A DNA stretch of 64,000 nucleotides from Raillietiella orientalis (lineage: Eukaryota): positions 2,418,001 to 2,482,000 of the forward strand of contig JAYWIR010000006.1 in assembly GCA_036172245.1 (NCBI GenBank), read 5' to 3'. Below, piece by piece: positions 26,380-37,450 of the stretch (the first letter of the stretch is position 1; the number at the start of each line of letters is the position of its first letter). A program made the translations under genes and the position numbers. The notes beneath the pieces were generated by a model. That model made no database searches. It was not told the origin of the DNA and was given only the letters and a program-made list of their open reading frames with translations.

Positions 26380-26545
26380 CCGTGTGGCCGTGGTCTTCGG
26401 ACGTGGCACTGAGCGTCGCGGGTTCGAATCCCGCCCGAGGGAGGATCGACGCTAAGAACGGCTGATGCGTCGTGGGTTTAGAGTTCCCCCGCAAGATGAC
26501 GCTGGTTGAGCTGTGGACTCCGGACGCGGCCACCGGAGGAAGCAG
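26380..26545 (+). mobile_element. tRNA-headed SINE-like repeat (5' part)
   Basis: GGGTTCGAATCCCGCCC at ~26420, followed by AGGATCGACGCTAAGAA and AAGATGACGCTGG. Confidence 0.7.
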
Positions 26546-26897
26546 CCACCGGAAGAAGCAGCCGGAAACCGTGCATGCCACGTCCGTCCTTGCCGTTGGG
26601 GTCAGGTTTGGGTCAAGTCTCTCACAGGGGGCTTACAGAGCAACTGCGTCTCAAGAACCAGTCTCCTTGACGTCGCGCACGCGGAACAAGATGGTGGAGG
26701 CCACAGCTGCAGGCGAGGAGACGCCGCGAGAGTTCTCCGGAGATACCATCCGGTCAGGAGGCAGGCCCCTGGTCCGAACGGGAATGCTCTTTCGATCCCG
26801 AATTCCTTGGGACCTGCTCCCTTTTCCCGCCTCGTTACGATACACCTACGGGTGTGACGACGGCATCTACGGGGCGCGCAAGAGATCTGAAGTTCCC

Positions 26898-27650
26898 GTT
26901 TGGATACCCGGTCGCGCCTGGGCGCTCGTTCTATCAAAGATCAAATGAACAAAGAGCAGTGTTCTCACGGGATGCCGGGAGAAGTTTGCTTGGGAGAGAA
27001 CACCGACTCGCAGGTCGGCCACACAGAAAGCCGGGAGCTCGGGAGAGCGCGCGATAAATAAACAAAAAAAAAAACAGAAGAGGGAGAGGAGGCTGCTCGC
27101 CTCTCCGCAACCTCCGCAAGACGCAGCTGCGTTCGGCAGAGACTCCTGGCAGACGGAGCCGTCGTGCCGCAGACCTCACCACAGCTGCTGCCCGTCCCTG
27201 CAGAGGTTCTAGCCGAGGGAAAACGAGTCGGCAGGATGGCGTAGGCGCAGCGCAGAGCAGCGTCGGCGCCACGCGAAAGTGCGCGAGCGAAGAATCTCAG
27301 GAGCAGCAGGTCCCCGGCGGTGTCCCACACGGCCTGCGGCAGCGCCATTGCCGGCCTCCTGGCGCAGACACTTCCTGGAGGTCGCCCGCCGCTGTCCACC
27401 TGGACAGGACGGACCCAGCCTGGAGCTGGTCGAGGATTCGACTTCCCTGGAAACGAGGTGTCAGCGCTGGCTACACCAGACGGCCCGGCGAAGAGAGAGC
27501 GCCATCTCACGCGCGCTTGGGCATCCTGACCACCGAGAAGATTGGGCTGCAGGTGCAGTTCCGACTTCTCTCCTGGTGTGGGAAATTGTGATCTTAGCAT
27601 TGGTGTGTTCCGGCACGCCACATCCTCCAGAGATGCGTTGGCAGCGTAGG
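26898..27650 (-). mobile_element. Degenerate 3' fragment of the L1/Tx1-like family
   Basis: Minus-strand T-rich UTR and a terminal-motif variant (AACGAGCGCCCAGGCGCGACCGGGTATCCAAAC) at 26898-26930. Protein similarity is weak. Confidence 0.5.
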
Positions 27651-28049
27651 TCGCTGCAGCCGTGCAACCTACGCCGGAGAGAGGTATCTGTCCTCGTTGC
27701 TGCTAGCTCATCCGTGGATCTTTTGCCGCTCCATTAACTGGAATGCCTGGAGAAAGGAAGCTCTGGAGCACCGGACGACCACTTGGAAGTGCGCCTAGAG
27801 GAACTGCGACCGCTGCAGTGTCTCTTATGCAAAACCACTGAAAGATCTGCAGGATTAGATGCGATGGTCCCGGTTAGCCATCCTACCCCTTGCTGCAGCG
27901 CTATCTGCCCTCAGGACAAGCAGCAGCAGCAGCCAACCGACGAGGTGGGAGTTCTGCAGCATTGCAGGAGTCGAAAAACTTTTGAACGGCTGCAAAACGA
28001 GCGAGTTGATGAACGTCGCCACTCCTCGTTGCTGGGCAAAGGGACTCCT

Positions 28050-28822
28050 TAGTTGGAGCTGAGGACTTTCCGTTAGAATGAGACCCCCTAAGTACTCATG
28101 GTCCCTTCTCTTTGCTTGGATACCTCCGTGTTCCCGTTACTGTGGAAATAGGATGTTCTGCTGTTTTTGCAATGGGGATTCCAGTGCAGTCAGCGCAGAT
28201 ACCTGCTTTCCAGGGGAGTTGCCTCTTCGAACTTTTCGAGGTGTGAGGCTATAAGATCTCTCTCCCGCACCTCCTGCTGGACTGCAGTGCTTTGCAGGAC
28301 TTGTGGCGGAGATTCGCTTCGGTCCTCAGCCAACCTCAGTACACTACCACCAATTGCTGCGGCGCTTCTTCACCAGATGCAGGCTGGAGAAAGGGGCTGT
28401 GGTCGCAACGAGATGTTGCATCCGTGCCATAGCGACAGTCTGCCGTGTGCCAGAAGCAATTTCGCGGCGAAGAGATACTACCAGCATGGCAACAGCCCTC
28501 TTGAGATCAGCCACAAGGTGGCCTCACCTTCCGGAAGAAGTCTCCAAAGAGATAGCCACCATCCAGAGTCGCTTCTAGAAGGAAAGGAACGTCTTAAACC
28601 AAAGTTCTCTGTCTCCGCCCTCCTTTTTGTTTTATTTATTGTCCCCTCCCTCCGTTCCCTATTTTTCGAAATCAAGCCTGCGTGTCAGTAACCATCCCTG
28701 ATGAACTGTTCTCTTTTTTGACTTTTTCTTGTTTTTTTGAGGGGATACTCTTCTTCCCCTCAAACTTGCAGTTTATTTTGTTTTTGCAAAATAAACGTTC
28801 CGGCGTGACCGGGTTAAAACCT
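28050..28822 (+). mobile_element. 3' fragment of the L1/Tx1-like family
   Basis: LQWGFQCSQRR, SLPHLLLDCSAL and ATRCCIRAI...LRSATRWPHL. The terminal motif is at 28790-28821. Confidence 0.8.
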
Positions 28823-29039
28823 CGCGCGCGCTCGCATTGGAGGAGGAGCACCAGAGGTCTCGTGCCATGGCGATGGGTTACCGCACCGACGAGGGAGGGC
28901 AGTTGGATCTTCAGCTGCTCTGCGAACGGCGGCGCCTGGTTGCAGGAAACGGTTCGAATGCAAGCGGAGATCCAGAATCCGAGCCTCTCCACCAGGGTGC
29001 TCTAGAGCGTTTCCTGCGATCCATAGGCATGCAAAGACG

Positions 29040-29900
29040 GTGGTAGGACTGTCGGTCCCACCATGTCCACGGATCCACGAGCTTATCGAGGAGCCGGCAC
29101 ACGGACCGGCGAGAGTCGCCTCGGCAGAAGAGAGAAGGGAAACAGACAGAAAGAGAGATTACAAAAAAATAAATAGGGGAAACTCTGGAAAAGGGGGAGG
29201 GGAGTCACCTGGTTCCGACCGTCCTCTGAGTCTGTCCGTGGTGCCGGCAAGCTAGGACTGCAAGCTTCCCAGATGGGGCCACCTCGATGCCACCCTCAAG
29301 AATCGGGCCGCAAGGTACATGGCATCCCCGTCTCCCTGGCCTCTGTCGGCGGCGCCCCAAGCGGCCAGCCGCAGTCTCGCGGAGGCAGCAATGAGCTGCT
29401 GGAGATGCGGCCGGCAGTAGAGCACCGCTCACGAAGAGGAGTCCCTGGGGCTGTCGCCGAGGATCTTCAGGGTCTCAGCAGAACAGGGACTTCACAGGAG
29501 CCAGAGGCCAACGCGGCCCACGAGCCAATGCGGGAGGGATTCCCGCTCTCGGCACCTGTTGCAGTTCGGGCGGGTTCACCCGCTTCCATCCCTTTCCCGG
29601 GTACGGCAATGCAGATGGGCATTGCATGGGAGGCCCCAACGAAACAGGAGAATTGTCTCCTCCCCCCACTTGAGGAGGGAGGGTGCAGCCGCTCAGTAGC
29701 TCCGGGGTCCACTCGAGATCTTCCCGGGGGAATTTTCCAGGGGATTCCGTATAGGGCACTTGGGGTCGAAGCCTCTGTGAGCTAGGCCGTACTCCAATCG
29801 CTTTCCCACTGAAGTTCACCTCGCAGGAGACCTCCCCCATCTTGATGGTGGGCTACTGCTTATCTGCTCCTTCAGGGAAAGTGGAGATACAGCAAGGGAG
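29040..29900 (-). mobile_element. 3' fragment of the L1/Tx1-like family, tail-to-tail with the 28050-28822 copy
   Basis: Minus strand: WGLPCNA, CNRCRERESLPH and LRVASRWPHLG, with a 3' UTR homologous to 24130-24220. Confidence 0.75.
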
Positions 29901-31149
29901 GTTTGCTTCGCCCACACTCTCCTTGCAGGGTGAACCATAGTCTCCCAAAGTGAGCAGCCTGTGGGAGAATGGCTGGAACCCCAACCTCTACCCAGAATTG
30001 GTTAGTTATTATGCGATCCTTTCTCCTCATTTCTCTCTTCTCTTCTTAAAATGGGCACCCCGCATTCTCGTCGGGTGGCTTTCGAAGAGCTTCTGAGTAA
30101 ACCCCGAGGAGTCCAGCCGATGCTGTCCTTCACTGTCGCCGCTGTCACCTCTTTTCGCCAGGGTGAACACAGGAACAAGAGGATCTGGCAACAGCTCTCT
30201 GGTCTATTTTTAGATGGGAAGGTGCTGCACCGGAGAAGGGATCACATGACCCGCACTGAGCCTCCCAAGAATTTGCTGGCATGCGCGTCTCCTGCGAGAG
30301 GGATCCACGTGCGGCGAAGACTGCCTCGTGCATTCCTTCGCGTCTTAGGAGCTTGGAGAAGGCAGATCAAAGACTCTCTGATGGAGTCCCGGTGAGAGGC
30401 GGGCCGGCAGGACGTCGTGGCGCCGCGCGGAAATTCTTCCACATACGAAGAATCGCCCAAGCGGCGCCTGTCCTGCGGCGGCCCCCGGGCGCAGCAGCGC
30501 CTTTGCCGACCTCCGCCGGAGTTCCTGGAGGACACAGCAAGTGTTCGTTCCAGCGTTTATTCTGTGGAATCCACCCTTGGAAGGAAACGCCGCAGGGAAA
30601 ACGCCTGCAGTTTCTCCTGTCCGACTCGCGGTGAGATACATTTATTTAACAATTTCAAGATACAATAGTACAATTGCCAGCGCAACAGTCGCCCGTCCCG
30701 CGGGTCTCTTGGTCCTCACGCTCGGTTGTGCACGTAATCCTTGTTCTCTTTTCCTGGTTCCACCTGCCATTCACGTTCCAGGAAGCGATCTTGACACTCC
30801 TGGCCAAAAGACAGGAAGAAAGTCATGGGAAATTACTTCATTCTTGATTTTTTGATTCTTCATTCTTTTCATTTCAGTGCGCAAGATGCAAGGCACCAAT
30901 GCCTTGATGATCTCGTCTCCTACTTAAGAGACTACGTCGGCTTCCTCGCAGCAGAAGCGACTTCTCTCAGTTCGCTCTCCGACTTCACGTAGTCCGTGGT
31001 GTCTTCGGCTGTCGCTTCTTATATCGAGTGTGCTCCTTGGCCGGCACGCCTAGCTGGCCTAGAAGGGAGCTCCGCCTCTTCTTCCAAGGCCCCTATTTTC
31101 ACCTTCACCTCGTTGAGGATATCTACTACTTGGGACTCTCATGCGGTCG

Positions 31150-31625
31150 TTCCCGACACCTGCATCCAGTTCTCATGGATGCGAAGACGGCTGGAGTTTC
31201 CATGCAGCCTTGTTCCTGCAGCGCCTCTCCGAAGACCAGAACCGGATCCAGTGCTCCTCTCTCATTCAGGCACTGGATTCTTGGCGACAGACAGATGAAA
31301 CAGCGACACTTTCCACCGCACAGCCAGCCAAGCAGTCCAATGGTGAACCCCCGTGCGTGTTGCCGAACCACACGAGCACGGACGATAGTGCGCTCTCGAG
31401 CGTCCAGCTCGGTAGCGATGTATGCTGGAGGCTCCTCTGGACCAGCTCCAGAGGTGGATAGTGCCCGCGAGGGTGAGGTCAGAGAACAATTTGGAGGGAA
31501 GTTTCTGTTAGCGCACGCAGACGATCTAGCCTTGGTCACAGCATCAGAAAGGCTTCGCCACGTACTGAAGAACCGTTCGCCCACTCAGGGGGGAAGGGTG
31601 GCTCACGAAGCTGTCCACACAACCT
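31150..31625 (+). mobile_element. Non-LTR RT fragment, possibly from another clade, cut by a SINE-like insertion
   Basis: LLAHADDLALV at ~31505-31537 resembles LAYADDLAL. The SINE-like copy begins about 20 bp after the ORF ends. Confidence 0.4.
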
Positions 31626-31639
31626 GATGGTGGGTGTCA

Positions 31640-32190
31640 CTCTTTAGGTTATAGGGGGTAACCCGGGAGGGACCACCCTATGAATCCAGGAAGGCTCCGG
31701 AGGAAGGAGTCCTTTCCTCTTACTCTTGGTAGGGGAGGGACCCCCAGTTTGTGAGGTCTGCCCCTCGTTTCTTCTCCGAAGGAGCACAAAAAGGATCCGC
31801 TCCTCTTTTCCTCTTACTCTGTAGAAAACCCCTAAGGGGCGCTTCCCAATTTCTCTGAAGGGCGCTCTCCGAAGGAAACAGCGCACTTCTTACATTCTGG
31901 AGAGGCGACTCTCCGGAGAGGAGCTCCGAAGCTCCTCGACTCCTATAAAGACCCCGGGGGGTCAACTTCCAATCCCTGGGGGTCAGTGGACGAGGGCATC
32001 TGGTTTCCGGCCCGCCACCACCAGTGCCGCACCCGAATAGGCCGACCAGCAGTCATCTTCTGGGGGCGACTTGAAACCCTTGGAGCACCCCCGTTCTCGG
32101 CGTCGATCCTTCCCCGAGCGAGATTCGAATCCGCGACGCTTGGCTCCACGAGCGGAGACAGAAGCCGCACACACGCCCACAACGCGGGCC
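31640..32190 (-). mobile_element. tRNA-headed SINE-like repeat
   Basis: Collinear with 60410-61050, from the B-box variant GGATTCGAATCTC to the 3' end. Confidence 0.75.
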
Positions 32191-32499
32191 GGAAGGACTT
32201 CGCGCAGGTGCACGCTGGCTTGAAGAATTGTGGCTACCATTCCTAGCAAGAGTATTGCTCCCCTGCATTTAGGGACCTCGCACCCATGGGAGCCAGGAAA
32301 GCAGCTTTCAAGATTTGAAGGGGAGATGTCCCAGCGCTGAAGTGCGGAAACGCAAAGGCTTTGGGCTGAGCGCATTCCCATCGGGGTCCACGAAGCATAG
32401 ATACCGGCCAAAGCTGTCATCATTCTGGGCCGTGCTTCATTCTCGTGGTCGAAAGTGGATGCCATGAGAGTCTTTTCCTTTCTTCGTCTTACAGATCAC

Positions 32500-33300
32500 C
32501 AGCGGCTGGATATATCCTTCAGCTACACTGAGAATCTGCGAACAACAGTGCCAGTTCATCAGGAAATGGCTCTATTAACCGAGCGAAGAAGAACCCGGAA
32601 GAAAATCTCTCAACCCTCCCGATCTTCCAGACGAGGCAGGAGATTTCAAAGCTGTTTGAAGCTCCCAACTAACTGCCTAGACTCTGCTGTACAAGATTTT
32701 TCCAAAAAAACTTCACGTTTCACGCCACCAAACACCATTGTGGACACCATTCGCAAAAGAAAACGTGGGGAACGTCATGTCCGGAAGCGTGCAAGGAAGT
32801 TCAGCAGACCAGTAAGTGGCATCAACTGCCCGCAGTTGAAGCCTCCTGAAGAATGAACTTGGACCGGAAGGAAGATCTCATATAATCATTGGGTAAATCA
32901 TCTTACTACCGGAAGATCCGATAAAAGATCGCCTGTAGCGTGCTCACCTTTCAGCGCCGAGAAGCACTGTTCTCCTTGCTAACAAAACACCTCGACTACG
33001 TCTAGCAGCATAGCGAAGCAGAACACTTCCTCTTCGGCGGAGAACGTGTGAGTTTCGGCTGCCACAGGTTCATTCAAGGGCCCAAGGTCCACACAGCACC
33101 AGGAATGAATGTCAGCATGGCAACGATCGTTTGCCTAGGTCTTCTCATCCTGCCTGCTCCCTTCGACTTGCCCTCACGGCGGAGCTGTGCTTCCCAAGGG
33201 TGCTTTCAGTACGCAAGGTCCAAGGTGACCCATCCGATGCGCTCGATGTACATGTCAGGAATACTGCATGTTCGACCACACAGTTTCTTTCTGGTCTCTT
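32500..33300 (-). mobile_element. Ty3/gypsy RT relic
   Basis: Minus strand CVDLGPLNEPVAAETH (33048-33095) matches the gypsy 'CVDL..LN..V.RE.H' motif. Flanking motifs are weak. Confidence 0.45.
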
Positions 33301-34399
33301 CTAGAACTATTGCTGAATCCTCAAGGGGTAGGTCAAGTTCAGTACGGCTGCCTTCCTTCTTCCATGGAACACAAGATTCGGCTTCATCTCCAAATTTTTT
33401 TCCAGTATAGGTTGATTGCGGGCCATCAAAACCTAATGTTCCACAGTAGCCGTCTCTAGGTCATGTCGATTGTTGATTACGGTTTGATTATTGATGCACT
33501 GAGTCTAAAAAATTCTCTTAAAAGATGTGTCTTTTGCGTGGCATCTCAAGGGCGCATGCAGCAGCAGCACGAGCAGCAAACTGAGCAGCACTTTCAACAT
33601 GTGCAGCAGCACATCCTGCAGCACATTCAACAGCTTATTGACAAACGGGTGCAAATCCATGATTCATGAATCGCTAGTATTTGCTGACACAGGGCACGGT
33701 CTTCCTTGAATCCCTGTGTTTCATAATAAGAAATGCTACGCTGCTTTGTGTTGAGTCCAGTGAGTGTCTGTGTTGGTTTCCATCCTTTAAGCGTTGCTAC
33801 CGGCAACAGAACCGCTCATATCGCCTCAGCAGCGTCCTCATATCGGTTAGGCACAACGAGGATTGAATCTCAACTTAAAGACAATGGGGGGCTGCTGGCT
33901 CGGAGCCGGCTTATACCTTGGCCCGCCATCTTGCTTCCACCGGAGTCGGTCCTACAAGGGAAGTGACGAGTCACCATCCTCGATGTCTCCTTCCCCTTCG
34001 AAAACACCCTGACGGCTCTGGAGGAAGCAAAGGCGGCGAAAGACAAGAAAGATGCTATCGACTCGCTTTCCTCTTCTTATCCAGAGGTCATACCGTCGGT
34101 AAGCACACTCATTATGGTCTCCTGATGAGCCTGGGAAGTAAGGTCAAGAGAATCGGGGATCCTGCAGAGCCAGTCAGAACACCCCGGAAAGACATGGTGG
34201 ATTCCTACATCCAGGTCTCCTCTCTACCGAAAGTATCTGCTGGGTCGAGTGCAGGGACACCAGCAGTGGACTGCAGTCTCGGCTGGCTGATGGACCGAAG
34301 ACCACGGCGATAGTCCCTTGCCAACTGATGCGCTGGGCGCTTCAGCTCCTGGCGACCGGCCAGGATGAACTCTGCTCCCAGAGACGAGGCTTCTTCGAG

Positions 34400-34860
34400 A
34401 AGGCTCACCGATTCACTCGCCCGCGTAGATGTAACCGGAAGTCGATGGATCCGGTGTGCAGCTACACTGGCGCTTCTGCGGTCCTGCGCGTTCCGTGATG
34501 CCGGGGCCCCACTGGAAGCTACGCATTTGCACAGCTTTCCAAACCGATCTCAGCTCTGCGGGAGAAGAATTTCCGCCCGTTCACTTGTGAACCTGTACGC
34601 AGACACCGGAAGCGAACCATTCAAAGGAAGGATAGGTGTGGATTTCTTTCAGGTCCCTCGCACTGGTGAGTCCCCAAAGTCTGACAAGGTGATGTTGACT
34701 CATGGATTGTGCATGTTCCACAGCTCGTTCCACATCCCCGGAACTGCCACACGCGCCACCAGGCAGGTCGAGCGCTGACTAGAAGGAATCGTCGTCGTCC
34801 TGGAGACGCAAGAGGAAATTCCCGATGAAATTCAATAGGCATCCGTGAAACCTATTATTG
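34400..34860 (+). mobile_element. LTR-retrotransposon integrase relic
   Basis: PFKGRIGVDFFQV (first catalytic-Asp motif, ~34617-34655), followed by EIPDEIQ (GIP.EI.SD-like, ~34815). Confidence 0.45.
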
Positions 34861-37149
34861 TTGTGGGTGTTTCCGCCCTCGAGGAAAGAAGGCACAGGAG
34901 GAGAGGAACGGGGGAAGGAGGAGGGAAAGAGACGGGAGACGTTGCGTTATCTCAGAAGACGCGTTCCTGATGCGGGATGACCTCAGTGCAGGCACCGGGA
35001 TCGTATGGAGTCTGAATCCACATGCTTGTATGCACTGATGAATCATCGATAGGAGCACACGCATGGGTACTTGACTTGCCTCGACACTTCAAACGGGTGC
35101 AGGGCCCTCTGACCTTGCTCTGGATCACCAATCTGCCTCCCGGATGCAGCAGCATGTCTGTTCATATCATCATCACCTACGATGATGCCTGCTCTCCTAT
35201 GATCATGCTCTCAATCGGCTGATCCATCATTCTGCGCGATGAATCATCGAACTGAAAAAAGAAAAAAACAGCAACTGACAGCTGGCTAACAGCTGGCTCA
35301 GTGGATGATGAAGCGGCTCAGCATCCCATTCCCTTGTTGTGCTCACCGATGATGAACGCTGCAATACACCAGCTGCTGCAGCGTTCATTCAGAGACGGTA
35401 GCGTTCGAACCGCTTCTCCCGAGCTGCTTCAAAGTTCCCGGATGGTTGACGTAGCATCCTTCGGGAAGGTGCAGGGCGCATTCCTCCCCGCACGTGTCCC
35501 TGGAGGACGTTCACGTGGATGTCATCACTCGTCTCCAGCTTCTCCTCGTTTCGCCACGTCCATTCCCTGAGCCTTTCGGGTGCGGCGCTGAGATCCCGGA
35601 ATTCCTGCTGAAGAAAATGCTTTCCTTCGCGTGAGTATGTATGTGTATGCGTGGACACGCAGGACGCGGAGTTTCTCCCGATTTCCTCCCCCCTTGCCAT
35701 GGTCAGCGTCCTCCTTCCTTCTCCCTATTCTGCTTCCCTGTTTTAGCTGTTTGTTCTTCCCCTACAGGATTTCAGGTTTGCGGCGGTCCTGTTCGACTGA
35801 GACGAGGGATGCGGAAAGCTCTCGGGAGCCACCCGACTGGAGAAGTCATCAGGGTAGGTCCTTGCGGACGTCGATCCTTCTGCATCCGCGAGGTGCTCTT
35901 CTCGAGGCAGCCAAAAGCTCCTTCTTCCTCTCCTCTCTCCTTCCTGCCCGTTCTCCCTGGATCAATAAGCGTCCGGGAACACCTGCCGAAGGATCGCACC
36001 CTCATCCGGGAAGTGCACGCACTCGCGAGCTCTTCTGGTGCTCTCCGGAGGAACGCTCTCGGGAAAGCTGGACATCCGCGGCCAACCTCTCTAGGGTGAC
36101 CTGTCCTGAGCAATGGAGAGGGAAGCTTCGAGCCTTGCTCGTTTGGCATGAGCTGCTTTACCGCCATCTTTCGCTCGGCGGGCTCCGGTCCTCTTGCCCG
36201 AAGAATCCCCACAGATTCCTCACGATACAGGGAACGAAATCATCATCCTAACCAACACCCTGGATACCATGAATCGATACTCTCGACAATGACGTCGATA
36301 ATGGTCACACTCTCTAGTCGTCAGTCCTAGGTAGTCGCATATATAATTGTATGCGATTCTCGGTTCCCGACGATCATATGCGTTGCTATGAGTTCTCCAC
36401 AACCACATGCATAATTATCACATTATATAATCATCAGTTGTCGATAGTAGTATATTATTATTGTTACTATATATGAAAGTGATATATATAATATCATTCA
36501 AACAGTAATCTGTAAATGCTTTTCTAGCACCCTGTAGCCACTCTCCACGATCACCGAACAACAGGTACCATCAACCATACCGTGAGCGTCCCATGCCAAC
36601 TCCTCAGCGACGTAATGATAGACAAGCCAGTCATCATATGCACGACTGTACACCCTGTTCCCACGTACATTACCACAACCCTCAATCAACCCTAGACTTG
36701 GAGGCGACAGGCACTCAGAAGTCCAAGGTGGTCTGCTCGAACACCCTGTGGGCTACCGCAGCCGAGCATCTTGCCACGTTCACTCTTCGACCACTTTGAC
36801 CACTCTAGAACGTGGTAGTGTTCGTGCTCAATCCCCTCCATTGCTACAGGAACGAAGGTCACCCGAAGCTACTTGGACTGCGTCTGTGAAGAGGACGGTT
36901 TGAGGAGGTTTTGTCCTTCGTGGTCCATGGAGGAGACAGCGTTGCTGGCGCCCGGCCCACTGCTTTAATCCAGCCTGACAGAACACAAGAGAGGGGAAAA
37001 GGACTCGCCATGGAAATTTCTGAGTGAGGATGAGGCACCTCGTGAGGCGTGAGCGCTTGAGTGGAGAAGAAGCAAGCAGCAAATGGTTCCCTATGATGCG
37101 CTCGCACTTGGGAGGTGAGTGGAGGAAGGGGGAAGAGGGGCGGTGACAT

Positions 37150-37450
37150 CCAGAGTGTCTTGCCTGAAAAGATCGGCGTTTCCAGAGCATCCTGAGGAGC
37201 TTCCTAGTCCTTGCCCCTGGCCTGAGTTTTCCTCTCGGCCTGACCCGTGCACACCCCTCATTTGCCCCATTGGAACGCACAGCGCGGGGCACTCGTCGAA
37301 CGCGTTCATGTGGAATTCGCCCACACACTTGGCGCGTGAGTTTCGAACAGGGGACGGACGTCCCTCATCTCCTTGATTCGTGTCCACTCGCTGCCGAAAA
37401 AGCTGAGACTGGCGTCCTCCGACTGGAGAACTTTTCGCGGCATCAAAGGG
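37150..37450 (-). mobile_element. Integrase-core relic
   Basis: Minus strand IPH...VPRAVRSNGANEGCARV resembles 'I.H....P.SNG.AE..V'. Confidence 0.3.

Noticed and set aside
36330..36500. AT-rich patch as a regulatory element or origin
   Set aside because: Only low-complexity TA/TAT sequence with no specific motif.
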